A stretch of 64,000 nucleotides of DNA from Tubulanus polymorphus (GCF_964204645.1 NC_134034.1:9002962-9066961), one strand, 5' to 3'. Numbered from the stretch's first letter, positions 13,617 to 25,162 are shown. Made by a program: numbers and translations. The notes: generated from the letters alone by a model not told the origin.

Positions 13617-13838
13617 ATGAGTGATAATAAGTGGATAATAACTGGATTATATAATGGCGCATTACTATCAGTTGGAACTGTTGGTTATTCAATGGTATTA
13701 AAAAAAGTATTCAAAATGGGAAGTGTTAATGTTGATAGATTTGATATAAATGATATCTTAAAATTAACGTTAGCAGTTACTTTATCTAATTTAACTATTG
13801 ATTATTTGGAAAAACAAAAATATATTCGTCCCATATAA
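13617..13838 (+). CDS. Small hydrophobic Polinton protein
   Basis: 73 aa, one aa difference from 50453-50674. Confidence 0.75.
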   Translation: MSDNKWIITGLYNGALLSVGTVGYSMVLKKVFKMGSVNVDRFDINDILKLTLAVTLSNLTIDYLEKQKYIRPI

Positions 13839-13862
13839 ATGCATAATTTTTTTGCTAAATAA

Positions 13863-14285
13863 ATGGCTTCTGCAATTATAACTATTATAGGATCGGCAAT
13901 TGTTAACGCTTTAGCATTTACTGGTGGCGGTTATTTATTCAAGCATATTGATAAAAATAGTTCATTAGGAGAACAAAGAAGACATAACTTAGCATTAGAA
14001 AAATATAATAAAGCAGCAGAAGAATACAGAGAAAAGAGGCAAAACTATATGGATTACATCAATAAAGAATTATATGATCAGAAGATTTCACTTAGAGATT
14101 TTCACTCAGTCGATGATGCAATGAGTTTATATAACGCGGTAACAAATAAAGAAAAATTACATCTATACAAACCTAAATTATCAGATTATTATACCCCAAG
14201 TAATGAACAACAGAAATATGAAATAATTTGGATTTTAGGTGGAACAGTTATTGTTATATTTGTGGCGTATAAGTTTACTAATTAG
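13863..14285 (+). CDS. Polinton membrane protein (hydrophobic N- and C-termini, central coiled coil)
   Basis: Intact 140 aa, near-identical to 50699-51121. Confidence 0.8.
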   Translation: MASAIITIIGSAIVNALAFTGGGYLFKHIDKNSSLGEQRRHNLALEKYNKAAEEYREKRQNYMDYINKELYDQKISLRDFHSVDDAMSLYNAVTNKEKLHLYKPKLSDYYTPSNEQQKYEIIWILGGTVIVIFVAYKFTN

Positions 14286-14305
14286 TAATTTTTTTTGCTA
14301 AATAA

Positions 14306-14730
14306 ATGGATGATATTATTGATATTATTCCTCATGATATAAATAAAACTAAATTAAAAACATATTTAGAAAAACAAATATTAGAATTTGAAAGTGACTT
14401 AAAAGTTAAAAAGAAAAAATATTTAAAACTAAAATTATATATTATCTTATTATCAGTGGTTCGGTTACAATTAGTTCTGTTATAACATTTCTAGCAATAT
14501 TCAGTCCATTAACACCTTTAGCTATATCAATTGGTGTATTAGGATTAAGTTCAAGTGTTTTAACTGGTATAAGTTCAAAATTAAATATAAAAAGTAATAA
14601 AGAAAAAATTAAAACTAATATAAAAGAAATTAATAAATTGAGGAATACACTAGATTATATCATGAGTTTAAATGGCCATATAACAGTTGAAGAACAAGAT
14701 AAATTAATAAAAGAATTAATTAATTATTTA
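14306..14730 (+). pseudogene. Two-TM Polinton protein, frameshifted
   Basis: Orthologue of 51141-51575; frameshift near 14430, stop codon lost. Confidence 0.7.
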
Positions 14731-14740
14731 TTTTTTTATT

Positions 14741-16121
14741 ATAGTTTTCCAAAAGCTTTCCAATATAATAAATCAATTAAATATAATATTCCTGCAATAG
14801 ATTTTAATAAAGATATTTCATATAGAAATGTAATTTTTAATTCATTAATTAATTTAGATATTTATGTTACTGAAACTAATAATTTTAATGCAAAGATAGA
14901 AAATATATTTCATGTATATTTAATTAATTTTAAAAAATTGAAAGATGAAAAACAGTGGTTATTAAAATCTAATATGAAGTATTGGCAGAACCAATTAAAT
15001 TTTGCTGTTTATTGTGCAACAACAGGATGTGGAATTAGTTGGAATGATCATTTGAATAATTCTAAATATAAATTAATTCAAAGTTTATTTAGATTTCATA
15101 CATACTTTCAAATCAGAATAATATTAAATGAATTAGAGTGCGCTTTACCAGGATCTAGATATTTTAAAGAATTAGATAATAATATTAATTTATCAAAGTT
15201 TTATAAAATTTGTAATGAATTTAATATAGATATAAATAATTCTGATTTTAGAACAAAAATTGGAACAATAAGATCACTTCCTTGCCCTAAAAAGATTGCA
15301 GAATATTGTGCACTTCCCATACCATCTAATAGTTTGTATAATATCTATAGTAATAAATTAGGTTATGGTAAAATAGAAACAAAGGATTTAGAAACATTAA
15401 ATTTCAATAAATTACCGACATTTTATGATAATTTAAAACAAGAAAACAATAATGGTTGGGTTTATTTCATTTTAGAAAATAGTGAAGGTTTTACTAAATC
15501 AGGTATAGAAAGAATAAATCAATCTATTAGAACTTATTTGATATGTATTTTAGGTGCGCAAGTTGAAACAAGATCCCCAATAATTGGAAATTTGAATACA
15601 TCATTTGATGCACAGAAACAATTTAAAGTTTTATTTGAAGATTCAATTCATAATGATAAAAATAGATCGATTCCAGAAAACATTGTAAGATATCAAAATT
15701 ATTTAGATAAATCACATATTAGATTAAATTATTGTATAGGCCCTAATCTTTTATTATTTCTAATGATTTAGTATTAAAGATGGGAAACATAATTGGTTAC
15801 AATAATCTAATTAAAACTGCAACAATAAATAATTCATTTGGATTAAATGATATAAATAAAAAGATAATTACTGCTCCAAAATTAATGGAAGGTGAAAAAA
15901 ATAAAAAACACATTCAATCAACAGAAACTAAAACTAAGAATATTAAATTAAATAATGATTCTAAAATAAAAGATTACAATACATCAGAAGATATAAAAAC
16001 TGATAATATTCAACATGAAATAATTAAACTAAATGATGATAATAAATCCCATGAAAATACTAAATTAGCTATAACTTGTATAGGAATTGTAATCGGGGGA
16101 ATATTATATTTTAAATTTTAA
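14741..16121 (+). pseudogene. Conserved Polinton protein (WQNQLNFAVYCATTGCG motif) with C-terminal TM; start deleted, frameshift ~15750
   Basis: Orthologue of 51592-52982. Confidence 0.7.
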
Positions 16122-16137
16122 TTTTTTTATTATGTAA

Positions 16138-17592
16138 ATGGATGTAGAAGGTGGAGAAGATTATGAAATGGACGGCATGGGAAATAATAATGAAGGATAT
16201 ATTGATGATGATTATAATGATGCAGAAACTAATATTGATGATGGAAATGAATCAGCATATAATTCTAATTTAGCAGATAGTGGTTCTAAAGGCCAATCAA
16301 CAGATGAATATATTAGAGGAGCTGAATCGAGAATAGATCCTGAAAATGAAGATCCAGAATTATTAAAGAAAAATTTAGAATATAATGAATATATTTATAA
16401 TTTCAAACCTATATTTGAAAAATCTGGATATAATATAAATGATAGAGGCGCTAGACTTTTAGTACAAGGCTTAAAGTTTTTAGATGGTGAATATTATTAT
16501 CGTTTGAAAGATGATTATTATATTGATATCTCTTATAAAAAACAAAACAAAATATTAGCAGAATCAACTTTGCTTAATTCAAAACCAGATAGAATTAAGA
16601 GAATAAGAAAGAGTAATGAAATAGAAGATGTAACACAAGAAGAAATTATTAAAAATGAAAGAGTATTTAAACAAAGAATTAATGAATTATTTGAAACAAT
16701 CGATAATAATTTAGAACCAGAAACAAGTTCTGAACAGAATAAAACTTCCAAAACTAGTAAACTTAAATCAAATAAAGTTCCAATTGAAAAACTTTTACCG
16801 AAAGGATTACTTGATGCAAAAGATCAAGAATTAGAAGAATTAGATATATTTACTGATAAGGCAATTAGAGAAATTATTAGTATAAGACTTGCATCTGATA
16901 AAATTATGCATGATAAAAGTATAAGAGATTTTAAAATTAGACCTTTAGAAAAAGAATTAACTGATAAAAATAAAGAAATAGAACAACTAAAGTCTGATCT
17001 TGATCGAAAAGCAATTGATGAAAATGAATTTAGAAAAAGAAATGCATATTTAGAAAAAGAAAAAGATAATTTAGAATATAACATAGAATTACAAAAAGAA
17101 GAAATTAAATTATTATTAAAATCATATGATTATAATATTGATAGATTAAAAGATGTTTTTAAAAGATATCTAATAAATCCAAATTCTAAAATATCATTGA
17201 AAGATAGAATAAAATTATCATTGAAGTTTGAAGGAATAACAATTCTTTCAATTCTAACAGCTGTAACTATGTTATTTACAACAATAGGTTTAGCAATATC
17301 AAATGCTTTGAAATCTACACCTACTCCCAATAAACCGGATAAACCCCCGAATGATAATAATTCTATACAAGATAAAGTTAAAGATGGTTTAAAGAAATTA
17401 GCAAAATATTTATGGGAACTATCTAAAAAATCTGCTGCAGCATTACCAGGAATTATTGCATCAATTGTTGGTTTTATATTGAAATCTGCAGGGAATATTA
17501 TTAACTTTGCTGCTGAACATATTATTTTATTTTTAATTACAGTTGTAAGTGCAATTATTTTTGGGTTAGTAAACATGATAAAAAATAAATAA
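16138..17592 (+). CDS. Polinton coiled-coil protein with acidic N-terminus and hydrophobic C-terminal segments
   Basis: Intact 484-aa ORF; orthologue 52999-54448. Confidence 0.8.
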   Translation: MDVEGGEDYEMDGMGNNNEGYIDDDYNDAETNIDDGNESAYNSNLADSGSKGQSTDEYIRGAESRIDPENEDPELLKKNLEYNEYIYNFKPIFEKSGYNINDRGARLLVQGLKFLDGEYYYRLKDDYYIDISYKKQNKILAESTLLNSKPDRIKRIRKSNEIEDVTQEEIIKNERVFKQRINELFETIDNNLEPETSSEQNKTSKTSKLKSNKVPIEKLLPKGLLDAKDQELEELDIFTDKAIREIISIRLASDKIMHDKSIRDFKIRPLEKELTDKNKEIEQLKSDLDRKAIDENEFRKRNAYLEKEKDNLEYNIELQKEEIKLLLKSYDYNIDRLKDVFKRYLINPNSKISLKDRIKLSLKFEGITILSILTAVTMLFTTIGLAISNALKSTPTPNKPDKPPNDNNSIQDKVKDGLKKLAKYLWELSKKSAAALPGIIASIVGFILKSAGNIINFAAEHIILFLITVVSAIIFGLVNMIKNK

Positions 17593-17612
17593 TTAATTTC
17601 TTTGTTAAATAA

Positions 17613-18861
17613 ATGAGTGGGAGTTATATCAATCCTTCTAAGAATCATAGAATATCTAATGCTATTAAAGCAGAAAGATCACATCACATTATTACTCATA
17701 ACCCTTCGAATATTAATCCCGATGAAACTTTATATGTTAGAATCCCTCGATTAACACAAAATACTTTTTACGTTCCAAATAGTATTTATTTATCAGCCGA
17801 TATAAAAGTAACCGGTAATAATAATAATTATGTTGTTGATAATGTTGGAAGATATTTGATTAGAAAATTAACAATAAAGATCGGCCCAGAAACAGTTTTC
17901 TCATTAGATGATTATAATCTATTTATGCATTATAAAGATTTATGGTTAACTAAAGAAAATAGAAATAACATGATATTTCAAGGAATCCAATCAGAAAACC
18001 AAAATAAATTAAGATCAGAAACACATAATGCAATATTAACTAATGCTATAGATAAATTGATAAAAAGGATATATGGAAGCAAATATAAAATTCCATTAGA
18101 CTTTGAATTGATAAATAATAATGCACCTTTATATAAATACACAATTCAAGAAGATGTTATATTCGAAATAACATTTTCTCCTGTTAATGAAATTGCAATA
18201 TATCTAGCGTTAATAAAGATATGAGTTATAAATTATCGGATATATGTTTAGAAAATGATACAGTAACTGATGAAAATATTTCAAGTATAATTCAAACTCA
18301 ATACAATCAAGGATTTTCATTATTATATGATTATATTGATAAATTTAAAACCGTAACTATTAATGCAAATGATGAAATAATTAATGAGAATATTAACTTT
18401 CCAAGAAGATCTATTAAAGGTATATTAATATTTTTTACCATTGCAACATATACTTAGGCGCAATAAATGTTGATAATTATTATAATCCTGAAATAACAAA
18501 AGTAGAAATAACTATCGAAGGAATAGCAAATAAAATATTTTGTCAAGGAATGAGAATGATTGATCAATGGCCAGAAATTAGAAAACATTTTATGAATGAA
18601 AAAGTAAAATCATCTGAAAATTGTAACATTAATCAAATGGATTATTATACCGGCAATAAATATGCATTGTGGTTAGATTTTAGAACAACAGAGGATAATT
18701 CATTACATGGTTCTGGAAAAAAATTACAGAACACTAAAGATGGAATACAATTATTCATGACAAAGAATAAAGGAATCAAAAATTTTAAAATGCACATTTA
18801 TATTATATCTGACGCGCAATTAAATATTGTAAATTCTCAATTAAATAGTGTTATGTATTAA
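17613..18861 (+). pseudogene. Major capsid protein (double jelly-roll), disrupted
   Basis: Three fragments colinear with intact 415-aa ORF 54470-55717; frameshift ~18195, stop 18455. Confidence 0.75.
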
Positions 18862-18893
18862 AATTTTAACTTTAATAAAAATTTATATAAAAA

Positions 18894-19759
18894 ATGGAAG
18901 GAGGTAAAGTATATAAACATATTCCATACATCGATACACATGAAAATAATGATGGTTTATATTATGTAATACCTTGTAATATAGCTTTGATATTTGATCC
19001 TATTTTCAAAATTTATAAAACTAAACTAATAGAAATCGAAAATAATAAAAGTTGTGTTGTTGATAATTTAAGTAATGTAATTGATAATAATGTAATACCT
19101 ACTACATCTAATAATGTAATACCTACTACATCTAATAATGTTATACCTTCTACATCTAATAATGTAATACCTACTACATCTAATAATGTAATACCTACTA
19201 CATCTAATAATGTAATACCTTCTACATATAATAATGCAATAATATTAAATGTTAGTAAAAATAGAAATTATTGTGATTATTTTAAAGGTGAATTTTCAAA
19301 CGCTCCATCAAATTGGAATAAACATATGAATACAAATTCACATATTACTAACGTGTTGGTTTAAAAGAATTTATAGAACACCCATTTAGATATGTTACAA
19401 AGTTTGTTTCAAATAAAAAAGTAAATGGTAAAGAATTATACGAAGATTTATTATCAGAAACACCTAATAAAAATGAATTAGATTTAACCGATGCTAATGA
19501 AATATTAGGATCAAACACTGTAAATGAAATATTAGGAGCAAACACTAATAAAGATGATAATGAAAATACAGGAAAGCGCATTGATAATAAAGATTCTATG
19601 AAACTTAAATCAGAAAATAAAGATATAGTTGAGATGCCTAATAAGTATATCAATAAACCAATTATTTATGAAGATACGGTAGAGCATTTGAATAAATTGT
19701 TAGGGTCTGATAGTGAAAGTGATTCAGAAAGTAATTATATAACACTCAAAAAAGGTTGA
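18894..19759 (+). pseudogene. Variable-slot protein with (NNVIPTTS)x6 repeat and degenerate Zn finger; frameshift ~19360
   Basis: 24-bp tandem repeat ~19085-19235; starts MEGG like 55750; a second open frame continues to 19759. Confidence 0.55.
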
Positions 19760-20142
19760 AAATTGTATAAAATAATAGTAAATAAAAAAGGGGTTTTAAG
19801 TATTTAAGGTATTTAAGGTATCTAATACATATCTTATACATATCTCATACATATTATTTGAAAATACCTTAAATTATATTTCTTTTTTAAATTTATATTG
19901 AAACCTCAGTAATAATAAATAACCTTTATTATTTTCAAACTTATTCATATATTTGTTGAAAAAATAAAAATAAATTGGTTGAAAATTGTATAAATAATAT
20001 TTATTTTAAAAAAGGGGGTTTTAAGTATTTAAGGTATCTAATAGGGTATCAGGTATTAGGGTATCAGGTATTAGGGTATCTGATAGGGTATCTAATACAT
20101 AGGTAACTAATAGGGGTATCTAATACATAGGTATATAAATAG

Positions 20143-20754
20143 TTATTTTATAAATTTATATTCATATGGAAATTGTAATCTCAGTAATAATTTTGAACCT
20201 TTATTATTCTTTAATTTATTCATATATTCATCATGTTATTCAGTTGGTATAATTTGATTTTCTTCCAATGATTGTTGCATAGATTTTCTATCTTTGTTAT
20301 AAAATAAAACCAGAAATCTTATATTCTCCCTAAAGTCTTTAACAATTGAATTATATTTTTGATTTAAGACCCATGTTGTTATCCCAAAATGTCTTCCAGA
20401 GAAAGCTAAATAACATAACTCACTTTCTCTCACTTTTGAATCATGTAAATTAGCGCAATCATCTATAATGAATAATGTATTGGATCCTTTATAAGTATCA
20501 ATTGCTATTTTAATACAATTATCTAAATTTTCTTTTACGGTTTTAGGATTTAATATAATAAACCTTTTCATCTTAACTATATCTCTATTATATGTTTTAT
20601 TCATTTCATAAGTAGGACAGAATAATATTATATTATCAAAATGATTCTTATAAATAGTTTCTAACAAGTCTAATATGAAATGTGTTTTACCACAATTGGT
20701 TACTCCAGTAACTAACATATTATGCGGTTCAAATATAAATAAATCTTTATTCAT
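20143..20754 (-). pseudogene. A32/FtsK-family packaging ATPase, premature stop at 20236
   Basis: Walker A GVTNCGKT, Walker B FIIDD, GRH motif; orthologue 57213-57827. Confidence 0.9.
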
Positions 20755-21865
20755 TTATTCTTTTAATTTTACTAGATAAAATCCATTCATTGAATTTATC
20801 ATCGTACCCTTCATATTTCACCAAAGAATACTTTTTTCCTTTAAGAGTTTTTGTTTTTAATACTTTTTCTATTTTGTATTCTATATCATCTGGGTTTGGT
20901 ACAAGTGATAGTTCTTGTTCATAAAAATAACCTAATATTTCTTCATCTTTTAAATCTTCGAATTTATACACAAATGGTTTAGTTAATATTATCTTTTTAA
21001 TTTTAAATATTTCTTCTGTAAAATTTGGAGTATAACCTTTACAAAAGGTTTTTCTATATTTAGATATTCTTACGTGTTGTCCAATTTTAAATTTAGGTTC
21101 CCCAAAATCATGTGTAACAAACGCTCCATATAAATAATTCCATACTATTTCTGAATTATCTTCTTTTCTAGCTTGTATAGGTTTCATATTTATAGAACTA
21201 TGTTTAGAATTATTATAACCTTTCACCAAATCATCTAACACATCGATATATTTATATGTTTCATTAGCAGTAAAATATTTCCACATTCTAGTTTTCAATG
21301 TTTTATTAAATCTTTCTATAATAGATGCTTTTTTATCTGAATGTGTTGAAAAATAATCTACATCGTTATCAGATAATAGTTTTTTGAAATGTTTGTTATA
21401 AAATTCTTTACCTTCATCAAATTGTATCTTATCTGGAATAGCTTCTTTAAATATTGATTTAAAAGCATTTGTTACTTCGATACCAGTTTTATTTTTGATT
21501 GGAATTGACCATGCGTATCTACTGAATATGTCTATAACATTCAGTATCCAGAAATATCCTTTGTTGTATTCTTCTAAGTTCTTCATGTCAATTAAATCTG
21601 CTTGCCATTGTTGATCGATACATGAAACCATAACTTTTCTTGTTAAATAAGTTTTATCCATTTTCTTGTGGATTTGATATGTTGGTTGATTTTGTAACCA
21701 TGATTTCAATTCACTATATTTTATATCACCATGTGGGTGCCATACGGCACCATAACCATTTTCCTTATCAGATTTAATTTTACCCCATAATTCTGAAACG
21801 TTAGAATATGATACTTCACTTTCTGGGTTATAATATAACTCTCTTAAATATTGTTCTTTTTTCAT
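20747..21865 (-). CDS. int: Polinton retroviral-like (rve) integrase with C-terminal chromodomain
   Basis: WQADL, QFDEGKEF, IERFNKTLK DDE motifs; YKIEKVL...LVKY.GY....NEWI chromodomain. Confidence 0.93.
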   Translation of the reverse strand: MKKEQYLRELYYNPESEVSYSNVSELWGKIKSDKENGYGAVWHPHGDIKYSELKSWLQNQPTYQIHKKMDKTYLTRKVMVSCIDQQWQADLIDMKNLEEYNKGYFWILNVIDIFSRYAWSIPIKNKTGIEVTNAFKSIFKEAIPDKIQFDEGKEFYNKHFKKLLSDNDVDYFSTHSDKKASIIERFNKTLKTRMWKYFTANETYKYIDVLDDLVKGYNNSKHSSINMKPIQARKEDNSEIVWNYLYGAFVTHDFGEPKFKIGQHVRISKYRKTFCKGYTPNFTEEIFKIKKIILTKPFVYKFEDLKDEEILGYFYEQELSLVPNPDDIEYKIEKVLKTKTLKGKKYSLVKYEGYDDKFNEWILSSKIKRINE

Positions 21866-21871
21866 CTTATT

Positions 21872-22222
21872 TTAATCCATTAATAATAATTTAGATTTAG
21901 TTTCAATGGTTTTATGATTTGACTTATTTTCTGGTATAATAGGTTTATCATCGGAATCATTATTGTTATTAAATTTTGATTTATATATTACACCGGATAA
22001 TATAATAATTGTGATTGTAATATATAAGTAATTATTTCTTCCACTATTAGGAGAATCAGATGGATTATCATTCGAATCAATATCAGATAATTTCTGTGAT
22101 TCATTTATATCAGTTAATTTCTTTTTCTTAGCTTTTTTTAATTCTGAAGATCTTTTACCTAATTCTCTTGCCCATATAATTTGTTTCTCGGATCTAGGCT
22201 TCTTCTTAACGCCATCACTCAT
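21872..22222 (-). CDS. Small basic single-TM Polinton protein
   Basis: Intact; orthologue 58912-59325. Confidence 0.7.
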   Translation of the reverse strand: MSDGVKKKPRSEKQIIWARELGKRSSELKKAKKKKLTDINESQKLSDIDSNDNPSDSPNSGRNNYLYITITIIILSGVIYKSKFNNNNDSDDKPIIPENKSNHKTIETKSKLLLMD

Positions 22223-22829
22223 TTATTTTAGTTAATTTTTGTTCTGATTCATTTTCTGTTTCGACGTTTGGTTGTAGTACAGCGTCATCTGTTTCATTCT
22301 TACCTGATTTATATTCCATAGGTTTGATGTTCGAAAATGATATGACACCAGTAGAAATTAATGTCATAACCGATCCTAATTGAAATGAAGCATAACCAAC
22401 CCATTTTTGTAATTCAGTCATAACTAAGTAGTCATTTTTCAAATCACTATATAATTTATTTTCATCATTAATTGGTATTAACTGGTTACATAACTTAGAG
22501 TAACATTTTATAATACCATCACTTATAGAGTCGTTTATTCTAGCTAATCTAGCTTCTTCATAAATCTTAAAATATTTTATTACTTTATCGGGTTCCATAG
22601 AGTCTAGTTCTTGAAAAGTAATGATTCTATTTAAAAACTCCTTAGTTTTTCCACCGGCAATCAACAGTTCTAGATGATGCTTACAATATGAATAGTATTC
22701 ATAATCTATATTGCAATTAACTTGAATATTATTTTCAATTTTGGTTGGAATATCCTTATTATCACTAATACCCAAATCATTTAATGTTTTTTCAATATCA
22801 ATACTATTCTTATTAGATTTCTTTGACAT
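22215..22829 (-). CDS. Hypothetical Polinton protein
   Basis: Intact 204 aa; orthologue 59318-59920. Confidence 0.75.
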   Translation of the reverse strand: MSKKSNKNSIDIEKTLNDLGISDNKDIPTKIENNIQVNCNIDYEYYSYCKHHLELLIAGGKTKEFLNRIITFQELDSMEPDKVIKYFKIYEEARLARINDSISDGIIKCYSKLCNQLIPINDENKLYSDLKNDYLVMTELQKWVGYASFQLGSVMTLISTGVISFSNIKPMEYKSGKNETDDAVLQPNVETENESEQKLTKINE

Positions 22830-23076
22830 TTATATTAGAGAAAAAAAGCAAAACAAATATTATAAGTATTCTTCAAATGATACTAGTATCTCTTTGGGTT
22901 AATACTAGTTAGTTAAAGGTAAATAATTTTAGTATTAGTTATTGTTTTTTTAGTATTTTTTATTTGTGATATAAAGTATTCTTTTTTGAAAAGAAAATAT
23001 TAAAAATATAATAGAATTCACTAGCTAGTTGAAGTTATTGTTTTTTAAATATTTTTTATTTAAAATCTATTATTCT

Positions 23077-23749
23077 TCAACCACTCAATAAAGATTCAAC
23101 ATATTGTTCATTATTTGGATCATTGTTCCATAATTCAATGAATTTCTTTGCTTTATCTAATTGATCCAAATATAACTGTAAATCTAGTTTATTAGATTTG
23201 ATTTGATTTTCTTTCTTTTTCTAAAGGCCTTAAATTTCTCCAGTTCCATATTAGCTTCTTATTGTATTCATCATTCATGTTAAATTTAGAAATCGGTAAC
23301 ACGTGATCAATATGGTAATAATCCCCATAATTATCTATATTCATTTTATCATCGAATTGATATATTATCCATGATTTGAAAATTTCATCTGAACAACCCA
23401 ACAAATTAGATAGTGTTTCTGAATGCGTTTCTTTGTTGAATAATTGTGTTAATCTAGATCTTAAGCATTGTTTCAATCTAAAATTAAGATCTGTTTGATA
23501 TCTTTCTCTCATATATTCTGTCATATAATCATTATAAGCTTCTCTATTATCTTCTCGATATTGTTTGGTATATAGTTTAAAACAAGTTTTACAACAATAT
23601 TGAAAACCATCTTTGCTAATCTAACGCTTACTAAATTCTGTTAAAGCTAATCTATCTAATTCACACTTAGAACACTTCTTGTAATATATATTTATAACAC
23701 CACCAGTGTTATTTGTAATATTGATAGTTTGTGGTTGTTCTGGTTCCAT
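23077..23749 (-). pseudogene. HNH endonuclease with N-terminal CxxC finger (large-DNA-virus type), disrupted
   Basis: MNIDNYG...HIDHVLP...NLRPL; orthologue of intact 60802-61467; stop ~23621, frameshift ~23200. Confidence 0.8.
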
Positions 23750-24169
23750 TTTAATACTAATTTTTTTTTTAAATTGATTTTAGAAGTTCAATGATTTAAA
23801 TATGTATTATTTCAATCACACTTTACTAACACTTTTAATGTTTAAAAATCTAACTCATACAAATATGAATATTGAAATAATGTTTAAAATATATCTATAT
23901 ATCTATTCTATAAGAGCTCACACTTTTATATTGAATAATCTATCAATTTAAATGTTATTCATTTACATGAATATTTTAAGAGTAATAGGGGTAATAGGCT
24001 TTCAGGTTAAAGGTTGAAGGGGCGAGTGAGTAAAAAATGAAAATAATAATAATTTACAGTTGAATTAGGAGTGTGCGCGACTAATTCAACTGTAAATTAT
24101 TATTATTTTCATTTTTTTACGAGCTCGACCCTTCGACCTTTGATCTGAAAGCCTATTACCCCTATTACT
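23744..24169. repeat. Right TIR of Polinton A; contains 189-bp hairpin 23981-24169
   Basis: Imperfect inverted match to 7618-8054; ends at ATGGAA of the HNH gene. Confidence 0.9.
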
Positions 24170-25083
24170 CATATGGTTCTGTTCCGCTCTTCCAGTTCTC
24201 TCTTCCGTTTCTCCTGCAGCCTGGACCTCTCCAACTCCCTCTTGCTCCTCTCTCGCTCGCTTATCTCTCTCCTCTGTCGCTCCTCCTCCACGCGCTGCTT
24301 CCTCGCGGCTTCTTTCGTCGCTGTAGCTTTGGCTGCCCGGCGTTCCCGGCTAGCGTGAGTAACTCGCGCAACGCGTCTTTTAAACTCCCGTGCTCTGTCA
24401 TGTGACGACTGTTCCACGATGGAACTATGGGCCGCATCTAGGACAGACGGGTCCAGTTTGGATAGAGTCGACGACGGGGAATAAACGGTGTGCGGCTTCG
24501 ACGAAGAATTAACGATCTGCGGCTCCGACGAAGAATTAACGGTCTGCGGCTTCGACGAAGAATTAACGGTCTGCGGCTTCGACGAAGAGTTAACGATCTG
24601 CGCCTCCGACGAAGAATTAACGATCTGCGGCTCCGACGAGGTATTAACGGTCTGCGGCTTCGACGAAGAATTAACGGTCTGCGGCTTCGACGAAGAATTA
24701 ACGGTCTGCGGCTTCGACGAAGAATTAACGGTCTGCGGCTTCGACGAAGAATTAACGGTGTGCGGCTTCGACGAAGAATTAACGATCTGCGCCTCCGACG
24801 AAGAATTATCTCTCGCGCGTTTCGTAGGTGGTTCGCCCTCACCCAGGGAGACACGGGGAGGCTGGTCCCAGAGTTCCTCTACGACTTTTACGACTTTTGT
24901 CGGGTCCGGTCATCCTGGCGCGCATGTCTCCGGATGGAATCGGCCCGAGAGCCCGTCTTCCCGCACGCGGTGCATCGATAGGAGACTCCAACGCGTGCGT
25001 TCGAGTCACACGTCTCCTGGTGTCGCTGCAAGGTTGCCGAGTCACGGAAGTGATATTGGCATCCGTGGCACTTCTCTCGCGTC
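24170..25083 (-). pseudogene. Gypsy 3' accessory ORF (env position): two C2H2-like Zn fingers, 9-aa repeats, E/R-rich helix; continues at 7611 after Polinton A
   Basis: CHGC..F.....L.RH...C and YRCTACG...SR.DS.RRH; frameshift ~24910; open through (NSSSKPQTV)n into ...ERNRTI; preceded by CTAAC, pyrimidine tract and AG at 25085-25084. Confidence 0.65.
24482..24807. repeat. 27-bp minisatellite, ~12 copies, inside the Gypsy accessory ORF
   Basis: Unit TAACGGTCTGCGGCTTCGACGAAGAAT, head-to-tail, no spacers. Confidence 0.95.
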
Positions 25084-25162
25084 CTAAAGAAAAGAAAAGA
25101 ACAGCCGGGTCCCACATAAGTAAAGCGTTGAGTTAGGGTAGGAGTCGGCGAACCGCCTAGGC

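Larger units (their letters stand above)
7618..24169 (+). mobile_element. Polinton/Maverick (adintovirus-like endogenous virus) copy A, 16.55 kb, decayed
   Basis: AGTAATAGGGG...CCCCTATTACT termini, 6-bp TSD CATATG (7612-7617, 24170-24175), PolB, capsid genes, ATPase, rve integrase; strongly AT-rich versus flanks. Confidence 0.97.

Noticed and set aside
14638-15771. 377-aa ORF as a real fusion protein
   Set aside because: Comparison with copy B shows a lost stop codon plus a small deletion of the next start; a decay artefact
16533-17648. Antisense ORFs conserved in both Polintons (also 53400-54341)
   Set aside because: Shadows of the sense coiled-coil gene; conservation follows from the sense strand
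7618-24169. Copies A and B as an assembly or segmental duplication
   Set aside because: Different TSDs and insertion sites, substantial divergence and different variable genes show independent integrations
24482-24807. CRISPR-like array, and the Arg-rich or Cys/Glu-rich ORFs 24438-24854, 24488-25087, 24490-24981
   Set aside because: Repeats are head-to-tail without spacers in a eukaryotic retroelement; the ORFs are alternative open frames of a stop-free 27-bp minisatellite
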